Shown in pieces: positions 19,352 to 28,580 of a stretch of 44,770 nt of DNA. The notes below the pieces were generated by a model, which searched no databases, had not been told where the DNA came from, and worked only from the letters and a program-made list of their open reading frames with translations. This stretch comes from an uncultured Phycisphaerales bacterium (GTDB lineage Bacteria; Planctomycetota; Phycisphaerae; Phycisphaerales; SM1A02), in NCBI GenBank assembly GCA_965651255.1, contig CBFGRU010000001.1, positions 1 through 44,770 of the forward strand, read 5' to 3'. The translations under genes and the position numbers were made by a program. Position 1 is the first letter of the stretch. Each line of letters begins with the position of its first letter.

Positions 19352-19437
19352 CGTGTGCACTGTAAGGCACGATTTGTAGTGGTAGGCCCTCTCGGCTAGC
19401 ATATTCAGCCAGGGCACTGCCTGAAGGTACGATACGC

Positions 19438-20394
19438 ATGATCATCGATATTCATTCTCGGATCTGGTCAAGTCTTGATCAGTTTGGCCGCGACGCCGCC
19501 GATCGCCTCCGCCGCCGATACGCAGAGACCTGGTCACTATTGGATGGGTCACCCGCTGCTCACGAGCAGGCCATGGCCTGCGTTGATGGTGTGTGTGTGC
19601 TTGGTTTTCGGTCCGACCTGCTGGGCGCGGCCATTCCGAATGAACTGGTGGCGGAGTATGTCGGTCGTGATCCCGGGCGCCGTTTCGGGGTCGCGGGGAT
19701 TGACCCGATGTCGGCCACAGCCATCGCAGAGATTGACCATGCGGTATCGCTGGGGCTGATCGGTGTCACGGTCAGCCCGTCTGCTCAGGGGTTTCATCCC
19801 TCACATTCCTCCGCAATGCGGGTGTATGAGAAGTGTGCGGAGCTGTCGCTACCGGTATTCATTACGAACGCGACGCCGATAGCACCACGGTCGATGCTGG
19901 AGTTCGGTCGTCCTTCGGCACTTGATGAGATTGCACGGTCGCTCCCCAATCTGCGCCTCGTCGTCGCGGAGCTTGGGTATCCGTGGATCGATGAAACGCT
20001 GATCTTGCTCGCCAAGCATCCACACGTGTATGCGGACCTTTCAGGGATTTCCAGCCGTCCATGGCAGCTGTACAACGCACTTCTGACCGCTTCGAGCTTG
20101 TCGGTCATTGACAAGTTGCTGTTCGGCTCCGGGTTTCCATTCGAAACTCCCGTCAAAGCGATTGAGACGTTGTATTCAGTCAATACTTTCGGCCATGGCA
20201 CTCAGCTCCCATCCGTGCAGCGCGCCAAGTTGCGAACCATTGTGGAACGCGATTCGCTCGCCTGCCTTGGCATCGAGTCTGAGCTGTCGGCTCGAACATC
20301 GGATGCCAATTCGGATTCCGATGCTTTCGACGGGATGGCTGCGGTTGCCCAGCGGGAGACCGAGGAGCACCTTGATGATGAGGATTTGGACTGA
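19438..20394 (+). CDS. Amidohydrolase-2 (TIM-barrel metal hydrolase)-like protein
   Basis: MIIDIHSRIW N-terminus and DKLLFGSGFPFE near the C-terminus resemble PF04909-type proteins, but canonical ligands look substituted. Confidence 0.65.
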   Translation: MIIDIHSRIWSSLDQFGRDAADRLRRRYAETWSLLDGSPAAHEQAMACVDGVCVLGFRSDLLGAAIPNELVAEYVGRDPGRRFGVAGIDPMSATAIAEIDHAVSLGLIGVTVSPSAQGFHPSHSSAMRVYEKCAELSLPVFITNATPIAPRSMLEFGRPSALDEIARSLPNLRLVVAELGYPWIDETLILLAKHPHVYADLSGISSRPWQLYNALLTASSLSVIDKLLFGSGFPFETPVKAIETLYSVNTFGHGTQLPSVQRAKLRTIVERDSLACLGIESELSARTSDANSDSDAFDGMAAVAQRETEEHLDDEDLD

Positions 20395-21059
20395 TGCCTG
20401 ATACCACTCCCGGCAGCAGCCAGCCCCGACGTCTCGGTCATCGACTCTCATTGCGAATGCTGAGCATGCTGATGTGCGTTGCTCTCTATGGTGCGGCTGG
20501 GTGTTCCGGGACGGGTCTGCAGACTGACCTGCGGGCAATCAGTCTCGCGAGCGGAAATCCCGTCCTGATCCCCTCCTTTCGTACCGCGGTTTATTCCGTT
20601 GATCGTGCCAGCATCGCGTCGTTCTATCTGTCAGATCTGACGACCGAGGAACTCCTGAATGGGGAGTTTGATCAGGGACAGATTGTGCACGTGGAGATGC
20701 TCTGGCTTCCCCGCGCCGGGGCAACCCCGATGGATTCCTCCGCCGCCAACATCTCCGTGCGGAAGGTTCTCATCGTCAATGGCAACGTCGGCGTGTACGG
20801 CGGAACCGGCTTCGCCCTGCCATCCGGCGAACCGGGTGATTCACGGCTGGCGGTCTCGGTCTACGACGCAACTCTTGATCTCATCGATGCGTCAAGTGAG
20901 TTTCATGATGCGCTCAGCCCCGCGATTCTTGAAGGCGCGTTTACGGCACGTCGAGATGACACGCTGGCGGAGCAGATTCGGTACTCGACCAGTCAAAAAG
21001 TCACCAACATGCTTGGTCGTGTTCGCTATGTCGATGCCGCCAATGCGATGCGACCCTGA
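20394..21059 (+). CDS. Hypothetical lipoprotein
   Basis: Its ATG overlaps the preceding stop (TGATG). Lipobox LYGAAGCSG. No family recognised. Confidence 0.55.
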   Translation: MPDTTPGSSQPRRLGHRLSLRMLSMLMCVALYGAAGCSGTGLQTDLRAISLASGNPVLIPSFRTAVYSVDRASIASFYLSDLTTEELLNGEFDQGQIVHVEMLWLPRAGATPMDSSAANISVRKVLIVNGNVGVYGGTGFALPSGEPGDSRLAVSVYDATLDLIDASSEFHDALSPAILEGAFTARRDDTLAEQIRYSTSQKVTNMLGRVRYVDAANAMRP

Positions 21060-21161
21060 ACTGCCTGCCCCACAACCGAATCCACGCAACGCGCAAGAAG
21101 AAGCCGGGAAGAGCATTGCTCCACCCGGCAGGTTTGAACTCTCGAATTCCAGCGGTGTTAC

Positions 21162-21485
21162 TCAGCCCTTGATGCCGGTAATCTTGACCTGCATGTAGGC
21201 CTGGCGATGACCATTCTTGCGGAAGTAGCCCTTCCGGCGCTTGTATTTGATGACATCCACTTTGCGATCGCGAAACAGTTTGACGATTTCGCCGGTCACG
21301 GTCGCGCCGTTGAGGTACGGGGTACCAATTCGGCGGTCAGCATCTGATTCGGATTCCCCAATCAGAAGTACCTTGTCGAAGGTAACGGTTTTCTCGCCAT
21401 CGGCCATGTCACGAGGATCGATATCGACCACATCGCCTTCGGCCACTCGAATCTGTGTTCCACTGTCTTCGATGATCGCGTACAC
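21162..21485 (-). CDS. rplU: 50S ribosomal protein L21
   Basis: VYAIIEDSGTQIRVAEGD...KVDVIKYKRRKGYFRKNGHRQ is L21. GTG 21485 has AGGAG 7 nt upstream. The track ORF upstream extension to 21815 is non-L21 sequence. Confidence 0.9.
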   Translation of the reverse strand: MYAIIEDSGTQIRVAEGDVVDIDPRDMADGEKTVTFDKVLLIGESESDADRRIGTPYLNGATVTGEIVKLFRDRKVDVIKYKRRKGYFRKNGHRQAYMQVKITGIKG

Positions 21486-21591
21486 GTGCAAGCTCCTGCT
21501 CAATGGCCACGATCGTAGCCCTCGAGCCAGAGGCCAACAAGTGAGGTTCGAGGAAAACACAGGACCGGCACGGGCAGGAAGGGGTTGACTC

Positions 21592-22152
21592 CTATGACGC
21601 CATTGCCGCCGCCTGAGCTGTACTGAACGCATGATGCCAACGGCGACATTCGCCGCAGGTCCCGCAGAATGTGGGTTCGGCCTGCTCGCACGGCCATGCC
21701 AACGAACCAGCCAGTCCCAGATCCATCGCGAGGTGAGCGGCCTGCGCCGCGGTGAGGTCAACCAGCGGCTGATCGAACACCAGCCGAACCCCGTCTGCTT
21801 CGAGCAGGCCTTCAATCAATTGGCCTCGTTCCACCTCCCGCCCCATGGCTGAGAGGTCTCCATCGACCATGACGGGATCAACGACTCGGCTCGCTCCGAC
21901 GCGATGCCCGCTCAAGGCAGCCATCATCAGCATGGCGGTACGACTATTCGCGAGCCAGGCATCCGGCCCTTCAATCACAGGAATCTCGACCGTCTCTGCG
22001 AGTCGCCGAATCGCCAGCTGTCGCGGTCTCGACCGCTTCACATGCGAGTGTGCGACGAAGAGCCCCAACCGACTCGGATCGGCCTGCAGATAAGTTGCGA
22101 TGACGGATGGCCAATTGCCATCCGCAAGTATGAGGGTATCAATCTCGCTCAT
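21592..22152 (-). CDS. QueC-like protein with degenerate PP-loop
   Basis: C-terminal CEQAEPTFCGTCGECRRWHHAF resembles the QueC zinc-cysteine cluster. The middle region aligns by eye with QueC (ANSRTAMLMMAALSGHRVGASRVV). The N-terminus reads LILADGNWPS where QueC has SGGxDS. Confidence 0.55.
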   Translation of the reverse strand: MSEIDTLILADGNWPSVIATYLQADPSRLGLFVAHSHVKRSRPRQLAIRRLAETVEIPVIEGPDAWLANSRTAMLMMAALSGHRVGASRVVDPVMVDGDLSAMGREVERGQLIEGLLEADGVRLVFDQPLVDLTAAQAAHLAMDLGLAGSLAWPCEQAEPTFCGTCGECRRWHHAFSTAQAAAMAS

Positions 22153-22220
22153 TCCGAGGACATCGACGAAAACATCATGAAATCCGCAGAAGAAAGCACT
22201 CACGGATCGATCCTGTTGAC

Positions 22221-23822
22221 ATGTTTCTCCTGGCTGGTGCGCCACCTTCGGCTGCTTCGGAGTTCTCCGTCATCGACTGGGCGGTCGTCGGCGGCTACTT
22301 CCTGGTCGTGGTGGCGATTGGCCTTGCGGTGGCCAAACGAAGAGGCGATCGGGATGACTTCTTCCTTGCGGATCGATCCATGCCAACATGGGCGGTCGCG
22401 ATATCACTCTTGGCGACGGCTCAGTCTGCAGCAACGTTCGTCGGAGGGCCAGTAGAGGCGTTCGCAGGCGATCTCACCTACCTCAGTGCAACTGTTGGCG
22501 GCCTTGTTGCCTCAATTCTGGTCGCTGTCGTCTTTGTGCCAGCTTTCTACCGGGCCAAGGTCACCAGCGTCTATGAACTCCTGCGCAACTCCTACGGGTC
22601 ACGAGTCCAGATGGCTGCGAGTGCGATGTACATGCTCGGCCGGGTCTTTGCATCAGGAGCGCGGCTGTTCATTGTGGCGATCCCTTTCTCGCTCATCACC
22701 TTCGGCGATAGCGCTCCGCAACATCTCGTCGTAAGTATCATCATCATCACCGTCGTGGCGGGTCTCTACACCATTGTCGGTGGTATTCGGGCTGTCATCT
22801 GGACCGACACGCTGCAAGCCGTTATCTACATCGGAAGCGTGTTCATCGCGCTGATCGTCGCCTATCAGATGGTCGGCCTCTCATTTCCGGAAATCGTTGA
22901 GACTTTACAGGTAGCGGACCATGCGAACGAAACCGGCAAGCTGACGATCATTGATCCATCGCTGGATTTGTCGAGGCCGTACTCCGTCTGGGCGGTCCTC
23001 ACGGGCATTGTGTTACTCAATCTCGCGGCATTCGGGTGCGACCAGGACCTGACCCAGCGATTGCTGACCTGTCGTGATGCGCGCCGAGGCGGCATCGCGG
23101 TCATCGCCTCGCAACTGTTGGCTTTGCCGATTGTGTTCCTGTTTCTTGCCATCGGTCTTCTGCTTTGGATCGCCTTTCAAGGTGAGTACGGACCGGGCGT
23201 GGTGGATCCCTATCCGCTGATGGAGCGTCGCGATCTGTTCATCAATTTCATCATTCACGAGATGCCGGTGGGCCTGCGGGGGCTGATGATTGCGGGCCTC
23301 TTTGCAGCCGCAATGAGTAGCATGGACTCCGCTTCAAATGCCTTGGCTTCCAGCTTCGTTGCCGACTTCTATCGTCCACTCGTGGCAGCGAACAGGTCCG
23401 ACGATTCGCCCCAGTCCGTTCGACGTGAGCGACGAATCGCGCGACTTGCCGTCGCGATCTGGGCCATTGTTCTCGCCGGGTTTGCGTGCATCTGCGTCTA
23501 TCGATACGACGCTTCGCGCGAGACTCTCATTCAGTTCGCACTGGGAATCATGACTTATGCCTACAGCGGATTGTTGGCCGTATTCCTTTGTGCAACCCTG
23601 ACTCGCACCCGAGGCAATGCGTTCAGCGCGCTGTTGGCCATGGGGGTGGGATTCCTGACAATCGTTGTGTTCCGTTTCAACCTGTGGCAAAGTTGGGCGG
23701 AAAGTCTCCTGAACACATCAATGCCGACGATCGCATTTCCCTGGCAACTGACCATTGCGACATCATTTGCTCTTGGCGTCTGCCTGATGGGGCGTCGAAG
23801 AGTTCACACATCGCCGATGTGA
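22221..23822 (+). CDS. Sodium:solute symporter (SSS) family transporter
   Basis: 533 aa, multi-pass. DWAVVGGYFLVVVAIGLAV...FFLADRSMPTWAVAISLLATAQSAATFVGGP is typical of the SSS family. Confidence 0.88.
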   Translation: MFLLAGAPPSAASEFSVIDWAVVGGYFLVVVAIGLAVAKRRGDRDDFFLADRSMPTWAVAISLLATAQSAATFVGGPVEAFAGDLTYLSATVGGLVASILVAVVFVPAFYRAKVTSVYELLRNSYGSRVQMAASAMYMLGRVFASGARLFIVAIPFSLITFGDSAPQHLVVSIIIITVVAGLYTIVGGIRAVIWTDTLQAVIYIGSVFIALIVAYQMVGLSFPEIVETLQVADHANETGKLTIIDPSLDLSRPYSVWAVLTGIVLLNLAAFGCDQDLTQRLLTCRDARRGGIAVIASQLLALPIVFLFLAIGLLLWIAFQGEYGPGVVDPYPLMERRDLFINFIIHEMPVGLRGLMIAGLFAAAMSSMDSASNALASSFVADFYRPLVAANRSDDSPQSVRRERRIARLAVAIWAIVLAGFACICVYRYDASRETLIQFALGIMTYAYSGLLAVFLCATLTRTRGNAFSALLAMGVGFLTIVVFRFNLWQSWAESLLNTSMPTIAFPWQLTIATSFALGVCLMGRRRVHTSPM

Positions 23823-23833
23823 CTCAACGAATG

Positions 23834-24985
23834 TCATGAACGAAGGACCGACATGCGCTGAACCGCCTCGCGCAGTGTCTCTTCCTTCTTACAGAACGCG
23901 AACCGGACGAGCTTCCTGCCTTCGCTGTGATTCTGATAGAACGAACTCGGGGGAATCGCTGCAACGCCTGCGTGTTCGATGAGGTGTCGACAAAATGCCA
24001 GATCGTCGCTGAAGCCGAATGGCGTGTGGTCGGCCAGCACGAAGTACGTTCCCTGTGGCACAAAGACATTGAACCCGAGTCGTGCGAGGCCATCGACCAG
24101 GAGATCACGACGTACGCGGTATTCCGCCCGAAATCGCTCGTAGTACTCGTCCCCTGCGCCAAGCGCTGCAACCGCACCATACTGGATTGGAGTTGCGGCG
24201 CAGAACGTCAGGAACTGATGAGACGCTCGAATTCCCGCGCTCAGCTCGGGTGGAGCGATCGCCCAGCCGATTTTCCAGCCGGTGAACGAGAAACTCTTCC
24301 CAAGCGAGCCCAAGGTAATGGTTCTTTCCCACATGCCGGGGAGTGTCGCTATTCGAATGTGTTCGCCTTCAAAGACCAGATCTTCGTAAACCTCATCTGT
24401 TAACACCAGTGTGTCGTGCTTCTGCGCCAGCTCAGCGATGAGTTCGAGTTCTGCGACTGAAAAGACCTTCCCCGTCGGGTTGTGCGGCGTGTTGATGAGT
24501 ATCGCGCGAGTCCGCGACGTAAAGGCCGCTTCCAGAGATGCCCGATCGATCTTGAAGTCAGGCGTTCGAAGGGTGACAAATCGCGGGGTTGCTCCGGCCA
24601 TCGCAATGCACGCAGGATACGAGTCGTAGTACGGCTCAAAAAGGACTACTTCGTCGCCGGGATTGAGCAATCCCAGCATGGTGGCTGCGATGGCTTCGGT
24701 ACATCCGCTCGTCACCGTCACGTTGGTGGTTGGGTCAACCCTCAGTCGGCCATGGCGATTCATCCGATCAGCAATTGCCTGATTGAGTTCCGCAACGCCA
24801 AAGCTCCGTGCGTACTGATTTCGTCCGGCGCGGATGGCATCAATGACCGCGTCCTTTATGAACTCCGGGCCATCAAAATCGGGAAATCCCTGGCCGAGAT
24901 TCACGGCCTGATGCTCCATTGCGAGGCGAGTAATCTCGGTAAACACTGAAGTCCCGTACGGGGCGAGGCGTTGAGCAATAGTCAT
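23834..24985 (-). CDS. Class I/II pyridoxal-phosphate aminotransferase (YbdL/kynurenine aminotransferase-like)
   Basis: INLGQGFPDF-type N-terminus (VNLGQGFPDFDGP), NPHNPTG-like TPHNPTGKVF, and PLP-lysine region SLGKSFSFTGWKIGW. ATG 24985 preferred. Confidence 0.88.
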   Translation of the reverse strand: MTIAQRLAPYGTSVFTEITRLAMEHQAVNLGQGFPDFDGPEFIKDAVIDAIRAGRNQYARSFGVAELNQAIADRMNRHGRLRVDPTTNVTVTSGCTEAIAATMLGLLNPGDEVVLFEPYYDSYPACIAMAGATPRFVTLRTPDFKIDRASLEAAFTSRTRAILINTPHNPTGKVFSVAELELIAELAQKHDTLVLTDEVYEDLVFEGEHIRIATLPGMWERTITLGSLGKSFSFTGWKIGWAIAPPELSAGIRASHQFLTFCAATPIQYGAVAALGAGDEYYERFRAEYRVRRDLLVDGLARLGFNVFVPQGTYFVLADHTPFGFSDDLAFCRHLIEHAGVAAIPPSSFYQNHSEGRKLVRFAFCKKEETLREAVQRMSVLRS

Positions 24986-25014
24986 CTGCAGGTCATCCTT
25001 GAATCTGGTACTAA

Positions 25015-27519
25015 TCACTCTCGAAACGCGGATTGCGATTCATCAAAGTGCCAATCGTTTCCAAAGAAACCAGCAGCACGCACGCCATTGATTCGCTCAG
25101 ACAGCGTAGTCACATCAAAAACGATCCAGTCGGGATACGCCACCCCGGAGACAAACATCGGAAGGCGATCGGTCGCTCGACTCCCGACCAATCCTGTTCC
25201 GCTGATGGCGCCGACCACGGCGTGCCCAGAATCAAGTCGCGGCTGAACGAACATCGCAGCGAGATCGTCGCCAGCATAGTCCTTCTCTCCGATTGTGATG
25301 CGGCCGCTGTGTACCTGAATTGGTGAATCCGCCAGCAACTGTCCCCAAGCGGAGTTGGTGTCCGCATTTCCGTAGAGAATCACATTGCGGTCTGCGTACA
25401 CGTCCGGATCGAACATCCGATCCGGCATCACCCGAAACGCACCGTTTCCACGATAGGCAAACGTCTCTGCATCAAATCTCGCACGAGCACGTGACCATGA
25501 GTTCTCGGGTTCGTTTCCATGAGTTCCGTATACAAGGATTGCTTTGTGATCGAACGCGCTCTTGAACAACCCTGAGCGACTTGGTGATTTCATGGCTGGT
25601 AAGGGGGCATCGTGCATTCCCCACAACTCATTACGCCGGTTGAGCCAGATTGCATCACCTTTCGCTGAAGCGGGAAGGTCCTGGATGACCACGCCATCCA
25701 GCTCAATTTGGTTGATTGGTCCGGGCATGTTGCTGAGATCAAAGCGCAGCAACTGCACGTTCTCCGTTGTGCCGACGATCTTTTCCTGTTCCGCATTGTA
25801 ATGAACATCAACTCGACTTGGCACGAGGGATTTCTGTTGTTGCCAGATCGTCATCCCGTGGCATACAGCATTGATGCCGGGTGTCGCTGTCGCAAATCGG
25901 ATGTGTCTTACGTCCTGAGATGCAGGTATCGATCGATCACGAAAGAAGTCCATCATGGCCGGCCAGTCGCAGCACTGCCGTCCCCACCAGTGGCCCGCGC
26001 CAGCGATCTCCCGATACGCGAAGTCCGGATGAAACGCAGCCAACTCTTTCACCATGGCGCGGGCCTGGGTCACCGGAACGTTGTCATCAGCATCACCATG
26101 CAGAATGTACACACCGTGCATGGCGAAGTTTTCTTTCAGCGCGAGCGTGTCGCTGGGTGATACCGCACGCTTCAGGATGACTTGAATCGGATCACTCTCA
26201 TCAAAACGTTCGGCACCCGTGTAAGACCAGAAGCTGGTCCATCCGGCGCTCGGGCCAATTGCTGCGAACTGATCCGGGAAGTGCGCTCCGATCTGCCACG
26301 TGCCGTGGCCGCCCATTGAATGGCCGGTAAGCCAGGTGCGACTCGGGTTCGGACGATATCGCGCGCGTGCATGCTCGAGAACCTCCATTGCATCGATTCG
26401 CCCCCAGTCTTCCCAATCGAACCCATACGGCCGACGATTCGTCGGTGCGACGACTGTCGCCCACTCCTTCGCCGCGTATTGATCGCGCATACCGGCACCT
26501 TCGACACTCGCACCATGCAGCGAAAGTATCATGCCTGCTTGCTCAGCATCATCGTCGTTGCTCACCCGTACCGGTGGACGAACCGCAAAGTACTGCACAC
26601 TTCCGTCAACTCGACTGATGAAGGTGCGCGTGTGGTTTTCATTCAGGGAAGCGACCGCCAGGGTGACCGTCGTTTCTGCAAGCGTTCTTGTCGGCTGGGC
26701 ACGGCTGATGAGGCGCAAGGTGTATTCCACTCTACTCCCTGCACTGGCACCGGGAACAGCAGGCAGGCGCACGGGTACCTTTCGTGTAAAACCATCCTCC
26801 AGCCAGCCGATTTCGGTATGCTCTGGTGGCGCGTTCGATGCTGAGGCCACGACCATCAGATCGTCACGCGAACCCGCCCCGGCATTGATCAGCAACAGCG
26901 CTCCCCACATGGAGTCGCGTTCACCAGCAATCGGGGTTGGCCACGTGCCGTCTCGAAGGTCAAACATGACTCCTGAGTCCGGCGCTGGGATGAGTGCACC
27001 CCGCATTTCTCCACGAGAGATCTGAAAAAGCAGTTGATTCTCGCCGGCACGAAGGTGAACCGGAAGGATCGTCAGTCCGAGGTTGTAGACATCGCCACCG
27101 CGCGGTTCACCATTCACGTAAACCATGCTGTGTCCACGAGCATCCAGGAGCATGACGCCCGGTTCCTCTCGCTTGACATTGACCGCAAGATATCCACCGC
27201 GCAAGGCGCGATGTCGGAACCACCCGTCTGCATTGGCGTGCAGTAACTGCCATGCCCGCGCTCGCCCGTCGCTCGAAGTCACACTCTCACCTTCACGCGG
27301 CCAGTCAAACTCACCACGCGCGATGGCCGCGGCAATGGGATCGGTGTGGAACGGGGCACGGCCATATCGACCCACTGGTTCAATCAACAGCCCCGTCTTG
27401 AGCTCAATTCGCTCGTCGACTTGAAGATGACCCGGTCGCTGCGATGTTTGAGACTCCGTTTGTGACAGCGCCGGAATTGTGGTAACAAATGTGAGTAACA
27501 GCTGAATCAGCGGCAACAT
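25015..27519 (-). CDS. Secreted S9/alpha-beta-hydrolase-family serine peptidase or esterase, multidomain
   Basis: ATG 27519 is preceded by AGGAGA. Signal peptide MLPLIQLLLTFVTTIPALSQ. Nucleophile elbow GHSMGGHG, then HGDADDNVP and GAGHWW (Ser-Asp-His order). Large flanking domains are unassigned. Confidence 0.78.
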   Translation of the reverse strand: MLPLIQLLLTFVTTIPALSQTESQTSQRPGHLQVDERIELKTGLLIEPVGRYGRAPFHTDPIAAAIARGEFDWPREGESVTSSDGRARAWQLLHANADGWFRHRALRGGYLAVNVKREEPGVMLLDARGHSMVYVNGEPRGGDVYNLGLTILPVHLRAGENQLLFQISRGEMRGALIPAPDSGVMFDLRDGTWPTPIAGERDSMWGALLLINAGAGSRDDLMVVASASNAPPEHTEIGWLEDGFTRKVPVRLPAVPGASAGSRVEYTLRLISRAQPTRTLAETTVTLAVASLNENHTRTFISRVDGSVQYFAVRPPVRVSNDDDAEQAGMILSLHGASVEGAGMRDQYAAKEWATVVAPTNRRPYGFDWEDWGRIDAMEVLEHARARYRPNPSRTWLTGHSMGGHGTWQIGAHFPDQFAAIGPSAGWTSFWSYTGAERFDESDPIQVILKRAVSPSDTLALKENFAMHGVYILHGDADDNVPVTQARAMVKELAAFHPDFAYREIAGAGHWWGRQCCDWPAMMDFFRDRSIPASQDVRHIRFATATPGINAVCHGMTIWQQQKSLVPSRVDVHYNAEQEKIVGTTENVQLLRFDLSNMPGPINQIELDGVVIQDLPASAKGDAIWLNRRNELWGMHDAPLPAMKSPSRSGLFKSAFDHKAILVYGTHGNEPENSWSRARARFDAETFAYRGNGAFRVMPDRMFDPDVYADRNVILYGNADTNSAWGQLLADSPIQVHSGRITIGEKDYAGDDLAAMFVQPRLDSGHAVVGAISGTGLVGSRATDRLPMFVSGVAYPDWIVFDVTTLSERINGVRAAGFFGNDWHFDESQSAFRE

Positions 27520-27636
27520 CGAGGACTGTCTCCTGACGGGGCGTCTCTGACACAACGTGACGATCCGTCGTGAGTGGATACGATGATCGCTCACCGAGAC
27601 CGACACAGCAAGCCGGCCGGTATTCGGAACCGTTCG

Positions 27637-28473
27637 ATGGGCATACTGATTCAACTCTTCGCCAGTCTCGGTCGGCAGGTGCTGCGCGTGGTCGTCGATT
27701 TCGGCAGGTTCACGCAGTTTGCAATTGTTTCGCTGCGCTGGCTCGTGACGGGCATGCCAACCTGGTGCCGCCATCGACGTCTGGCACCGCAGTTCTTCGC
27801 GGTTGGTGTACAGTCAATTCCGGTGGTGGCCATTACCGGTGCATTCATCGGCATGATTCTCGCGCTCGAGGGGTTCCAGCAGTTCCAGGCCATCGGTGTT
27901 GAGAACCGCCTGGGCGGCGTCATCAACATCAGTGTGGTCAAGCAGATCGGTCCCGTTCTGGCCGCGGTCATGGTGGCCGGCCGCGTCGGCGGCGCGCTGG
28001 CCGCGGAACTAGGAACAATGCGGGTGACGGAGCAACTGGATGCACTCCGGGCGATGGCAGCGGACCCGGTCGCACATCTGGTCGTCCCACGTGTTGTCGC
28101 GTGCGTCATCATGACGCCGCTCCTGACGATCTACTCCGACTTGTTGGGGGTCTGGGGCGGGTGGACGATTACGACACAGTTCTACGGCGTACCGAGTGAA
28201 GACTATTGGAGTTTCTCCGTGTACTTCGTGACGTGGTGGGAACCGGCAACCGGCCTTATCAAGAGTGTTTTCTTCGGGCTTTCGATCGGCCTCATTGCCT
28301 GTTACAAGGGCTTTCACTGCCGCCCGGGGGCTGCCGGGGTCGGACGCGCCGCCACCGAGTCGTTCGTGATGAGTTTCATTGCCATCATCGCGCTGAATCT
28401 GGTGCTGGCCAAGCTCCTGAATGACATTGGGACAATGTTTATCAATCCAGTTCCCCTGAATCCCCTTGGATGA
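27637..28473 (+). CDS. mlaE: MlaE-family ABC transporter permease
   Basis: GAFIGMILALEGFQQFQAIGVENRLGGVINISVVKQIGPVLAAVMVAGRVGGALAAELGTMRVTEQLDALRAMA is the conserved MlaE/YrbE core. The ORF opens at 27574; ATG 27637 gives the typical length. Confidence 0.85.
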   Translation: MGILIQLFASLGRQVLRVVVDFGRFTQFAIVSLRWLVTGMPTWCRHRRLAPQFFAVGVQSIPVVAITGAFIGMILALEGFQQFQAIGVENRLGGVINISVVKQIGPVLAAVMVAGRVGGALAAELGTMRVTEQLDALRAMAADPVAHLVVPRVVACVIMTPLLTIYSDLLGVWGGWTITTQFYGVPSEDYWSFSVYFVTWWEPATGLIKSVFFGLSIGLIACYKGFHCRPGAAGVGRAATESFVMSFIAIIALNLVLAKLLNDIGTMFINPVPLNPLG

Positions 28474-28580
28474 TTGATCGATCATTGGCATGCATCGGGT
28501 AGGATTTGCCGGACGCCGTCGATATCGGTATCTCATGGAAGGTCGGTTGGCGGAATGCTGTCTTGGTGAGTGAGCTTGAC

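Noticed and set aside
21592-22152. QueC-like gene as QatC of a QatABCD defence system or DpdC of a 7-deazaguanine DNA-modification island
   Set aside because: None of the required partner genes (ATPase, TatD-like nuclease, TGT-like DpdA and so on) are nearby, and the protein is much shorter than I would expect for QatC.
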